DNA of 64,000 nucleotides from assembly GCA_000004985.1 (NCBI GenBank), contig GG738929.1; one strand, 5' to 3'. Source of the DNA: Naegleria gruberi. Its lineage: Eukaryota. Below, piece after piece: positions 46,101 to 55,200 of the stretch (positions within the stretch are counted from its first letter, which is position 1; each line of letters opens with the position of its first letter). A model generated the notes under the pieces. The model worked only from the letters and a program-made list of their open reading frames with translations, was not told the origin of the DNA and searched no databases. The translations under genes were made by a program, and so were the position numbers.

Positions 46101-46281
46101 TTCTCACTCTCTGAAAGGTTCATCAGCACAGCTTGCTTGCAAACCATTATCGCAAGCTGCTTTATCAGTGGAAACGAGCTCTAAGAATCAAGACTCTGCA
46201 AATCTTGAACAAAAGATTGCTTTAATAGAAAAACGACTCAACGATTTAGCTAACTTTGTACAAAAACATCAGCAACAATGA
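43197..46281 (+). CDS. RegA-like two-component cAMP phosphodiesterase with fused phosphorelay module: receiver (REC) - class I 3',5'-cyclic-nucleotide PDE - second REC-like domain - HPt. 3 exons: 43197..43542, 43654..43812, 43859..46281. Introns 111 nt (GTATGT...GTAG) and 46 nt (GTATGT...AATAG)
   Basis: REC1, spliced across both introns: KVLVVDDDRVARQVLTKLLEQLGFQ|VKAVEGGKQALEVLREEGNNYHLLLVDVLMPDMDGLQLLKIFRQAYSEDMPII|MVSSSEDPDTINQCFQSGAEDFLQKP. PDE: YHNFTHAVDVTQFAYHLL...HDVGHPGVNNNYLINI (class I HD signature)...DMSHHFE. REC2-like: GFTILIIDDESAQ...ADIILLNYDIVQ...PIITISS...FVRPVD. HPt: MELNSHSLKGSSAQLACKPLSQAA. Total about 975 aa. Track ORFs 43197..43550, 43569..43874 and 43825..46281 are the three exons. 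Confidence 0.8.
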
Positions 46282-46296
46282 TAAAATGTAAATTTA

Positions 46297-48339
46297 TTAC
46301 CTTATTTGAATAGTTACATCTTTTTCATAGCGGATAGAATGCTCCAAAAAAAGATGTTTTGTTTTTTCAATGTAGGCAAAGTCGGGCTTAATATTAACTC
46401 TGGAAACATAATTGCAAGCGTCCAACATAACTTCAATTCCATCACAAGTTACTTCTTCACACTCAACAATATTAATCTCTCTCAAATTTTTCAAAATGGA
46501 AACAGCATTCAAAGCCTCATCAGACAATAATGAGCACTGACTGAAGTCAATGACACGCAAATATTTACATCCTTCACATAATATTTCCACAGCATCATCA
46601 TTGAGATTTTCATTTCCACTAACAGAGAGTTCCTCTAACAAGGGAGTTGATTCAGAAAGTACAGTCATGGCTTGATTGATATCATCGACTGATTGAAGAG
46701 TTAAACATGTAACAGATTTTGATGTGAGTGCTTTTCTTAATCCTTGAGATGTATATCTTGCTTTAGATTTGAATCCTTGAATGAGGCCAAGCTTTTTTGG
46801 ACATTTCAAATACTTTCCAATATTTTCCAGAGAAACATCAGTCAACTTTTCCCAACGATTAAGGTTTAAATATTTGAGTGATGGGAATTTTTCCAACAAT
46901 ATTTGTAATCCTTCATCTGTAGCATTATAATTTGATTCACAAATAAAATGTGTAAACTTTTCATTACTAGAAACACTGTCTGCAATAACTTTGAGAACTT
47001 TGTTCGTAATTCTCAGACCCGTAGTATCGAGATGGTATAAATCACTCAAATTAGAAATTTCCTTAAGAGACTCTTCGCTAACTTGCCAGCAATTATCTAA
47101 AATAAGCTTCTTGACTGATTTACATTTCCTCAAAATGGTAGAAAGTGCCATATCATCCAAATTATCACATCGAGTTAAATTTAAATGGGTCAAATTCTTC
47201 AAAGAACCAAGTTTTTTAAATCCATTACTTTCTATGGAGTTCTCATTAAAAAGCTCTAAAGTTTTCAAACTTCCAAATTCTCCAAGATGACTACTCAAGC
47301 TGTCTTTAGAGGAGGAAATAAACTTAACATGTTTCAATGAAATTTTTGTTAAATCACAATCTTCAGACAAATCTTGCAATGATTTAAGGGTAAGGGAAGT
47401 TTCTGCATTTGTAAGTAATGTCCTAAAATGTCGTTCGCTGTTATTTGAAATGAATTTTAACATGGTTGGTGTGATTTTGTCTGATTCGATTTTCACCTTT
47501 CTCAATCTATTTGAAATGGTTTTCGAATCTTTAGGTTGTGCAACTGGTCCATGATAGGTTTTCAAATTTGGTAAAGAAAGTACATTGTTAAATTGCACTT
47601 CTTCTGTTGTAAAGGAATTTCCATCAATTTTCAAAATTTCAAGTTTTGGACAATTCTTAACAATTGAGCTTAAAACAGGGTGTGAAAAATCCTCTTCTTC
47701 AACAACAGCAACTGTTTCCTCCTCCTTCTTTGTTTTCCTCTTCTTTTTTGGTGGATTCTTTTTCACTTTCCTCTTTAAACAATTTCTAATTTCCAATCCA
47801 AGTAATATTGGTCCAAATTGTCGAGTTATTCTAATGATATCCTCTTCAGTGGCAATTTCATCCATGACAAGGTGAATGAAATGACTTTGATTTTCTCCAG
47901 CAGTGCTTAAATGTTGAGGATAATTAGGTTCATGATACCTCTTCCATATAATTTTGTGTACCTTTCCAATGATTTGCTTCTTCTTTTTCAAGGCTCTTTC
48001 TCTCTCTAGAATGTATCGGAGTGAGAGAAGGTAATCCATTGCAAAATCAGAGGCTTGTTTTGTTGCATCGTGTTGTGTTGCTTCCGATTCATCACTAAAG
48101 GCTGAAGCCACGCTTGGAGTGTCCATAATATCACCATTCAATAGAAAATCCTCTTCTTCATCAATGGGATCTCTTTCTTCATGCTCATCATGCTGATTCT
48201 CGGAAGGTGCCTCTAAGTGTTCTTGCTGTTCATCTTGATTTGAAGATAATGGTTCCATTGGACGATCATCCTCTTCATCAAATTCCAGACTTGTTGCCTC
48301 TTCCTGTTGCTCTTCTTCAGCTGATCGCTTCTTCGTCAT
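46297..48339 (-). CDS. leucine-rich-repeat protein, cysteine-containing LRR subtype (FBXL/AMN1-like), acidic N-terminus
   Basis: ATG 48339, 680 aa. Repeated LRR-cc units (LTDVSLENIGKYLKCPKKL, CDNLDDMALSTILRKCKSVKKLILDNCWQVSEESL, CSLLSDEALNAV). N-terminal D/E-rich region and a basic KKKRKTKK patch. Its stop lies 15 bp from the convergent RegA-like gene stop. Confidence 0.7.
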   Translation of the reverse strand: MTKKRSAEEEQQEEATSLEFDEEDDRPMEPLSSNQDEQQEHLEAPSENQHDEHEERDPIDEEEDFLLNGDIMDTPSVASAFSDESEATQHDATKQASDFAMDYLLSLRYILERERALKKKKQIIGKVHKIIWKRYHEPNYPQHLSTAGENQSHFIHLVMDEIATEEDIIRITRQFGPILLGLEIRNCLKRKVKKNPPKKKRKTKKEEETVAVVEEEDFSHPVLSSIVKNCPKLEILKIDGNSFTTEEVQFNNVLSLPNLKTYHGPVAQPKDSKTISNRLRKVKIESDKITPTMLKFISNNSERHFRTLLTNAETSLTLKSLQDLSEDCDLTKISLKHVKFISSSKDSLSSHLGEFGSLKTLELFNENSIESNGFKKLGSLKNLTHLNLTRCDNLDDMALSTILRKCKSVKKLILDNCWQVSEESLKEISNLSDLYHLDTTGLRITNKVLKVIADSVSSNEKFTHFICESNYNATDEGLQILLEKFPSLKYLNLNRWEKLTDVSLENIGKYLKCPKKLGLIQGFKSKARYTSQGLRKALTSKSVTCLTLQSVDDINQAMTVLSESTPLLEELSVSGNENLNDDAVEILCEGCKYLRVIDFSQCSLLSDEALNAVSILKNLREINIVECEEVTCDGIEVMLDACNYVSRVNIKPDFAYIEKTKHLFLEHSIRYEKDVTIQIR

Positions 48340-48496
48340 TCCCGAAATTTTTTAAAAATGCATAAAACACAGAATTTCGAGTTTTTGTATTTTTTTTATG
48401 GTGTGCAATTCTGAATATTGCTTTATGATTAACTGTTTACTTGAGAACAATTTCAAATTTCGACTAGTCAAGTGGTTAGGTTGATTTATGTGATGG

Positions 48497-50136
48497 TTAT
48501 TTACGAGGTGGTCTGTATCCGTGCTTGATTGCTGTTTTGAGAAGATGGGGATCTTGCTGTAGTTGTGGAGGAAGATCTGGAAAGATTTTACCATTTAATC
48601 TGAGACATGAAATAATGTTGGATTTGGGAAGAGTAAGGAGTTGAGTTGGAGAAATTTTCATGATGGCATTAGCATTCGATTTTAGCAGTAAGGTCAGTAA
48701 AATTTCCTCACTCGAGTATGTGTAATTATCTGGAAGGTGTGAAATGGTGTGAGCTTTGAAATTTGGGGAACGAATGACTGTTTCAATAACACAATCAAGT
48801 TTTTTAAATTCTGTTGGAATGTGCTTGAGAATATCTGGATAAATTTCAAGAAGTTCTAAAATGATGTCCAGTGTTTGATACTTTTTTGGGATGAATTCTA
48901 AAGCAAAAGGAGTTTGTTTGAGGGCACATTTCAATATTTCCACATCTTCCATATAATCATCAAAAAATCCAATTGTTGTTCCATCTGCCTTTACGCATTG
49001 TAAAATTTGATCTCTGGTCAACTTGGACTTATCCAAATATTGAACTATCCCAGCACCAATCATGGCATTAATGACATCTTCATTCGAATGCAATTCTACT
49101 GGAATATTTTCAGCAATAATCATTCCACGGCCATCAGAATAGTTCAATGCATTTACAATAAATTCCTTATCATATTTGAACCCCTTTGGTAAACAATAGT
49201 AGTGTGTAGGATTAAACTGAATAATTTTCATTTGAATATCTCTATGACTTAACAATGAAGAATGAAAATGAACATATAGAGAGGGATGCAATTCAAGTAT
49301 TCTCAGAGCCATTTCTTTATCAGATCTCACTCTCTCAGACGCATACTCGTATGATTTGGGTTCCATTTCAATTATTATCCAAATAAAATCCAAATTATCA
49401 TCAAATCTACTTTTAAGAGTATTCAAAATTGGTCTATATAAAAAACATTCCACATATTTAGAATTTAACAATGCATCCAGAGCTTGCTTATCCTCAAACC
49501 AGTCATACCAATCCTTAATTATTCCAAGAATAGACCTATCATACCTGAGAGCTGTCAAACACAGATCGTGATCATTCCTAAGCAACTTGATTAATTGTTC
49601 AGTAAAAACTCCTCTCCAACTAAACTCTTAACAATTTCAGTTTCATTAATAACTAATTTCAAATCAAGTCTTGCCAATATATTTCTATTCATCGTATCCA
49701 TTCTCAACAAATCATTCAATAATGTTTCTTTCATTGATTTTGGTAATATGAAATAATATTCCAAATCTACTTTTAACAATTCCAAAGCTTTATCTCTATT
49801 GTGAATATTTAATTGAGTTAAACGCAAATAATTAATTAGATTTTTGCAGTAAATTAACTCTTCCTTATTGAATGTTGTAAAATGTTTATAAACAATTAGC
49901 ACGTGACGGGAAATGGAAATTAATTCCTTGACAAAATTTAAATCATCAATTACATCATCATTCAATTTGTAATTCTCCAGAAACGAAATTCTACTGTTTT
50001 GATCGATACATTCTTCTAAATCGGAGAGAAATTCAATTTGTTCGATTCTTTTTCGTTGCGTGTATGAAAAGAAAGATCGTAAATGATTACATGATGAAAA
50101 ATCTATCAATTCCAACACCACTTCATGTTCTGCCAT
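48497..50136 (-). CDS. hypothetical protein. 2 exons: 50136..49633 and 49585..48497; intron 49632..49586, 47 nt, GTTAAG...TCAAG
   Basis: Track ORFs 49591..50136 and 48497..49585 differ by +2 frame and overlap by 37 nt. A 47-nt GT..AG intron joins ...LKLVINETEI|LLRNDHDLCLTALRYDRS... in frame (about 530 aa). Contains tandem about 35-aa helical repeats of the form E.IL.C(V/L)K.(D/T)G.....(F/I)..(D/K)....(E/D) of unknown function. Confidence 0.5.
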
Positions 50137-50263
50137 TTTTTAATTGGAGTTCCGTGTTACTATCCTTGTTGTACTCAGTACTAATAATGATCTGATAGAT
50201 ACTTTTTGTAAGATTGGAAAGATAAGAGAAACAATGTTGAAATTACCAAAGTTAACAATCAAT

Positions 50264-51703
50264 TTAATCAATTTGTCTTCTGAGATATGGCAAAGCAATT
50301 CTGAAGAGCTTTTCATAATCAATCTTATCAGCTTCTTCGTCCCAGTTGTTATTAATATAACCCTTAACACCTTCCTTCAAATATGGGAGAGCAGCACGCA
50401 AAATTTCCTTGAATTTGATTTCAGCATCAGCTTCTTCTTGGTATTCAGCAGAAGCAGAAACGAGGTTCTTAAGATATTCCTTACCAGTCTTCTTGAGTTC
50501 ATCACGAACAACCTTCCAGATCTTCTTCAAGAACTTGTCAGATTGTGGCATATCTTCCAATGGAATACCGAATTGAGAGGTCAAATAAGCCTTACCCAAA
50601 CCCTTAGCAATACCAACGGCCTTCTTGAAGATCTTACCGAGCTTGAGGTCAGACATTTCTTCATTTTGGTCCCAGTTGTTGTTAATATATTCCTTAACAC
50701 CAGACTTGATGTATGGCAAAACCTTCTTCCAGATCTTACCTAACTTGAGCTTTTGAGCATCAGCAGCAGAGTCAAAGTTTTGGTTGACATATGACTTGAC
50801 AGCACCCTTTCCGATATCCTTAACAACCTTCCAGACCTTACCCCAGAATTTGTCAGACAATTCCATTTCTTCATCCCAGTTTTGATTGACATAATCCTTG
50901 GCAGCATTCTTTCCGATATCCTTAACAACCTTCCAGATTGAACTGAAAAACTTTTTATCAGCTTCTTCGTCGAAATTGTTAGCAATGTAGTTCTTAACAC
51001 CAGCCTTGATGTATGGCAAAATGGTCTTGATGACTTCAGACCACTTCTTGTCAGCCATTTCTTCAGCATCCCAGTTGTTATTAATATATTGTTTAGCACC
51101 TTCCTTCAAGTATGGGAGAACAGCCTTGAACAATTTACCCAATTTGAGATCAGCTTCTTCTTCTGGAATTTCATCCCAGTTCTTGTTGACGTAATCCTTG
51201 ATGGCAGCTGTTGGTAAATATTTGATAGGTAAAGATTATCGATACAGAGGTGATGATATCGAGATTCGAATAAAATTGTTATTAGAATCGAATAGTGACA
51301 GAAGATCAGAATCATCGGTTAAAAATAATTTCCAGTCCACAAAACGATATCATTGATGATAATATCAAATAAACAATAACCAGTTATCCTCATCATTTTC
51401 ATATTACTACTTACCCTTTCCAATTTCACCGACAACCTTCAAAGCCTTCTTCCAGAATGACTTGTCAGCCAATTCTTCATCAGTCAAAATGTAGTTAGCA
51501 GGAGTACGAATCAATCTCTTGATGAGAGCAGGGGAAAGAACCAAATCAGCTTGTTCTTCAACAACAGCTGGTTGTTGTTTCAAGAAATTCTTGAAGAAAA
51601 TTGACAATTCTTGATCAGCTTGTTCAGTAACTTGAGCAGAGACTGCAATAGTTGCGAACAAGGCGACGAGCAAGAGAGCAAGTAATTGCTTGGAAACGTT
51701 CAT
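50264..51703 (-). CDS. secreted repeat protein: signal peptide plus about 10 tandem 33-38-aa Lys/Trp-rich amphipathic units separated by acidic NNNWDEE-type linkers. 2 exons: 51703..51415 and 51207..50264; intron 51414..51208, 207 nt, GTAAGT...AACAG
   Basis: Signal peptide MNVSKQLLALLLVALFATIAVSAQV. Units such as KFWGKVWKVVKDIGKGAVKSYVNQNFD and KIWKKVLPYIKSGVKEYINNNWDQNEEMSD. No Cys. Splicing joins ...FWKKALKVVGEIGK|AAIKDYVNKNWDE..., preserving the repeat phase. Total about 410 aa. Track ORFs 50144..50743(+) and 50740..51099(-) are out-of-frame or antisense shadows of this repetitive gene. Confidence 0.65.
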
Positions 51704-52270
51704 GTTCGTTGATTGTTTTTTTTTTAGATGATGAAAATTTGAAAGGAGCGTGATTGGCACTTTTTGAATGAAAGATTGTAATCAGCATAAATAAACATTG
51801 GAATCAAGAAGTCGTACATGGATAGTTATAATAACTACAAAAGATTTTAACAACCTACAATGTTGGGACTATGTTGGATTGGTATGACCTGTTTTGTTGG
51901 ATTCGTGTTAGGTCAAAGAGATTCGTGCTGTGGCTCTGAAGTTAATGGTTGCATTTCCCTGTTTTAGAGCAAATACACAACATTTCATCATTATAATCTG
52001 AAGGAGTTATTGTTTACAAAATATTGACCTCATAATATCAACATTGGTTTGTACATTATCAATTATCTGATGAAAATATTGAGATTGGTTCCTAATCATC
52101 ATATTATAATGATACTAAATACTAATGGTGCATCCAACTAACTTTTAACTTACTGAGTTTCATAAATTAATAGGTATGAATCTTTGGGATTATTTCTAAG
52201 AATCACAGGTAATAGATATCTTTTAAATTTCCTTGTTTGCAATTACTGATTGAATTGCAAATATTCTTGT

Positions 52271-52945
52271 TAACAACAGGGAGAAACAAAAACATCTTCC
52301 TTGTCTGAAAGAATTAGCTCAATGGCACTTCTGACATCTTCCTTGTTTGTTGTATTAATAATGTGATAGGTACAAATACTCTCCCTTGATGCAGTATCTA
52401 ACGCTTCATCCACTCTTGAAGTTTCATCAAGCAACATTGATTAAATTCAGAAAGAGAGGCCATTAGAATGACAATATTTAAATTACCATATGAACGATTC
52501 CAGTTGCCTCTTTCATGCATGTTTACTCCAAAAATATCTATAAATTGAATCTTGTTCAAATCTTTCTGGATGGAATGAAAGAACATTGGGTTTTGAATAG
52601 AACTTGGATCAAAGATTGTTTCAGAGCTAATTTTCATAATAATCTCTTCTTAATTTTCAAATAATTGATTTTCATCTTTATTCCATTTCGATTCAATTTC
52701 TTTTTGCATTTTCCATCTCTCCCACATAATTGAGCATGAAAAATATAAACTTGATTCAAAACTTTCTCTTGTGAGACAATTAGTTTTTTCATTGGAAATA
52801 ATCCTTGTAAGCCATGGAAAAATGTTGTTTTTCCAACAGAATACGTTCCTATAATAATGGCCTTAGCGAGTTTCTTGTCATTACCTCTGCAAATATTTTG
52901 ATAGATGGAATGAAGAGTGAGAGGTTCCCATTTTTTAATAAACAA
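52271..52945 (-). pseudogene. Ras-superfamily small-GTPase-like locus with degenerate G motifs and C-terminal CC prenylation tail. Fragmented across three frames with no in-frame ATG, so it is a pseudogene or a gene with unresolved very short introns
   Basis: Frame 1 (52945..52634): ...KAIIIGTYSVGKTTFFHGLQG (P-loop G....GKTT). Frame 2 (52637..52398): FIDIFGVNMHERGNWNRSYGNLNIVILMASLSEFN (G3-like DxxG region). Frame 3 (to stop at 52271): ...RESICTYHIINTTNKEDVRSAIELILSDKEDVFVSPCC stop (NKxD-like NKED, SAx as SAI, Rab-type CC terminus). A 38-nt GTTGCT...TTAG intron could join frames 2 and 3. The 5' end begins only 43 bp from a tRNA gene. Confidence 0.4.
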
Positions 52946-52987
52946 ATTGATTTTTACATGTAAGGAAATTGTTTAAAAAGATTATTA

Positions 52988-53062
52988 ACCCGCTACCAGG
53001 ACTTGAACCTGGATCATGCGGAATGAATAAGTCGCATATTCTAACCATTGAACTACAGCGGG
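52988..53062 (-). tRNA. tRNA gene with atypical anticodon arm. Anticodon unresolved, possibly Ile-UAU with a micro-intron, or a pseudogene
   Basis: Minus-strand read: CCCGCTG-TA-GTTC-AATGGTTA-GAAT-ATGCG-ACTTATTCATTC-CGCAT-GAT-CCAGG-TTCAAGT-CCTGG-TAGCGGG-T (75 nt). Acceptor, D and T arms are well formed (T-loop TTCAAGT). The anticodon stem ATGCG/CGCAT encloses a 12-nt loop ACTTATTCATTC instead of 7. Confidence 0.65.
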
Positions 53063-53144
53063 TTGTGTAAATTATCTAAAAATATAATCATGATCAGCAT
53101 ACGCTTACAAATAAAAACATACCGAATGCAATGTTTATTGAAAA

Positions 53145-55040
53145 TTATTGAAAAAACTCTGGAAAATAAAAGTACAATATCATTCCTATAGTAGAAATGA
53201 TCAGGAATGAACTCATCCATGAAATGGAAGATGACTCTGGTTCACTTGTTGTTACCTCTTCATTTTCTTGAGTTTCTTCAACTTGTTCTTCCTCCTTATT
53301 GAGTTCCTCTATCTGATTCTTCAATTGTTTGTTTTCTTTTGTTAAAAGAACATTTTCTGCTTGAAGCTGTTTGATGATCTTTTCTTTTTGAAGAGTCATA
53401 TAAGTATCCTTCTTCAACTGAGATATCTGTTGATCCTTTTCTTGTATTTTTTGTAATAATTCTTGTTCGACTTCTGAGTTGGAAGTAGTATCTTGTTGTT
53501 TCTTATTGGATTTTACATCTTTTTGGGAGGAAACTGGTTGTTGAGAATGGGTTGTAGTCTTTTTGAAAATTGCTTCATAATTTTCAATTAAAAACTGACA
53601 AAAATCACAAACAATAGCGATTGTTTGTTGTTGATTTTTGAGTTGAGTTTTAAGAGAAAATCTTTGATATTCATCCATGTTCAATTTCTTTGAATCGCTC
53701 TCTGATGGAAGGTAGAGTAAATTAGGACCAATCACGATACCCATATTCTTACTTGTCATTTTAGTAAGTGTCACATTTTCTTCATTACAACAAATTTCAT
53801 GTAATAAATTCATGAGCTCTGACAATATCGATTTGTTACATTCTGGAAGGTCAATCATGAGAAGTTTGACCTTATCAATAAGAGTTTTGGTTTTTTCAGG
53901 AGTTCTTCCAGTAAACATTTCAATTACCTCCTCATACTTGTCAAATGTGAGTAAACATTCAGGTAAGTTTCTAATATAATGTTTGATTAAATCTGCAACT
54001 ACCATCACACCAAAACTTTGTGGAATTTCAATAGCCAAATCATTGTACATTTCTGGGAATGCCATAAAACTGTTAAACAATTTACACAACTCTAACACTC
54101 TTCTCTTTGAACCAGCCTCTCTGAATATTCCCAAAGTTTTCACACCCTTATTATCTCTCAAATATTTCAAACAAACTCTGAGAATGTATGGAACTTTGAT
54201 GGGATTTAACAATTCCTTACCTAATAAATCTCCACAAATTGGTTTTCGTGTACTGTCTTCCTTCTTTTCCAATTGTTTGTGATATTGTTGCATATTGAAG
54301 AGAGTTTCATTGAGGCAGACCATTGTTGGAGAGAGATTCATAACACAAACTCTTGACAAATCAATGGCAGGATTCAGTTCAATAAAGAGAAAATCATCAC
54401 TAATATGATCTACGTTGGAAAGGAATTCATTGGAAGATAATACATGACATAATTGATCCATGTTAGTACTATTTGAATTGAACATTTGAATTTCAATAAT
54501 TTGAAACAAGTATATAACTTACCATTCTCCAGCATAACTGAAAACAGTATCTGACATTTTCACCATCTTCTTTTTGATTTTCCCCTTTTGTTGCTCAGGA
54601 GGATTGAATAAATTATCGGCAGACAATTGACTATTCGAAGGAAGATTAGAATCCAAAACAGTACTCGATGGAGCAGTAGTGGTAGTTGTGGATGACGAAT
54701 TATTCATAATTTTCTTTTTGAGATTGAGTGAGGATCTTCCAATGTTAGTCAGAAAATTCTTCTTTTGTTTGGTTTTAACACACCACAATAGGAATGAAAC
54801 TTGTTGCTCCTTTTCGAGTGGTGATTGAGAGAATGTGGAGGCATACTCTGAAAAGATTTTAGAAATTGAGCTGTCAGGAGATTTGGCTGGCAGAAGGATT
54901 TGTAACTTTTCCTGAAGAGAGTCAAGAATATTGAGAAAGGTTATTTGTTTGTAGTTAGTATTGTTTGATGAAACGTTATCTAGGTAGATTGTTTCTGAAG
55001 ATAATTTGACAATAATCTTCGGGAGTGTGATTAGAGACAT
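53145..55040 (-). CDS. RhoGAP-domain protein with Ser/Thr-rich N-terminus, C-terminal coiled coil and tail-anchor TM. 2 exons: about 55040..54523 and 54468..53145; intron about 54522..54469, 54 nt, GTAAGT...AAATAG
   Basis: RhoGAP motifs: GIFREAGSKRRVLELCKLF...VMVVADLIKHYIRNLPECLLTFDKYEE...LMIDLPECNKSILSELMNLLHEICCNEENVTLTKMTSKNMGIVIGPNLL. Coiled coil: QELLQKIQEKDQQISQLKKD...KQLKNQIEELNKEEEQVEE. Tail: SSISWMSSFLIISTIGMILYFYFPEFFQ. Splice joins track ORFs 54519..55109 and 53145..54509: ...MSDTVFSYAGE|C|TNMDQLCHV... The first ATG in exon 1 is taken as the start. Coordinates near 55100 are plus or minus 1. Confidence 0.7.
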
Positions 55041-55200
55041 TTTTTTAGTTGAAACTTGAAGATTGTGACAAATTTGACAGCTGTGATTGCGCTTGTATAA
55101 GAATGGCAATAAGTTGTCAACACAAAAACACCAAAACAGTTAATTTATTTTGACGATTGTTTTCAATATTTGATTTCAATAATTTAAAATATCACAAAAT

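Noticed and set aside
50144-51099. ORFs 50144..50743 (+) and 50740..51099 (-) overlapping the cationic repeat gene
   Set aside because: Antisense or out-of-frame reading of a highly repetitive coding region. Only the 50264..51703 minus frame carries the signal peptide and the intron-preserved repeat phase.
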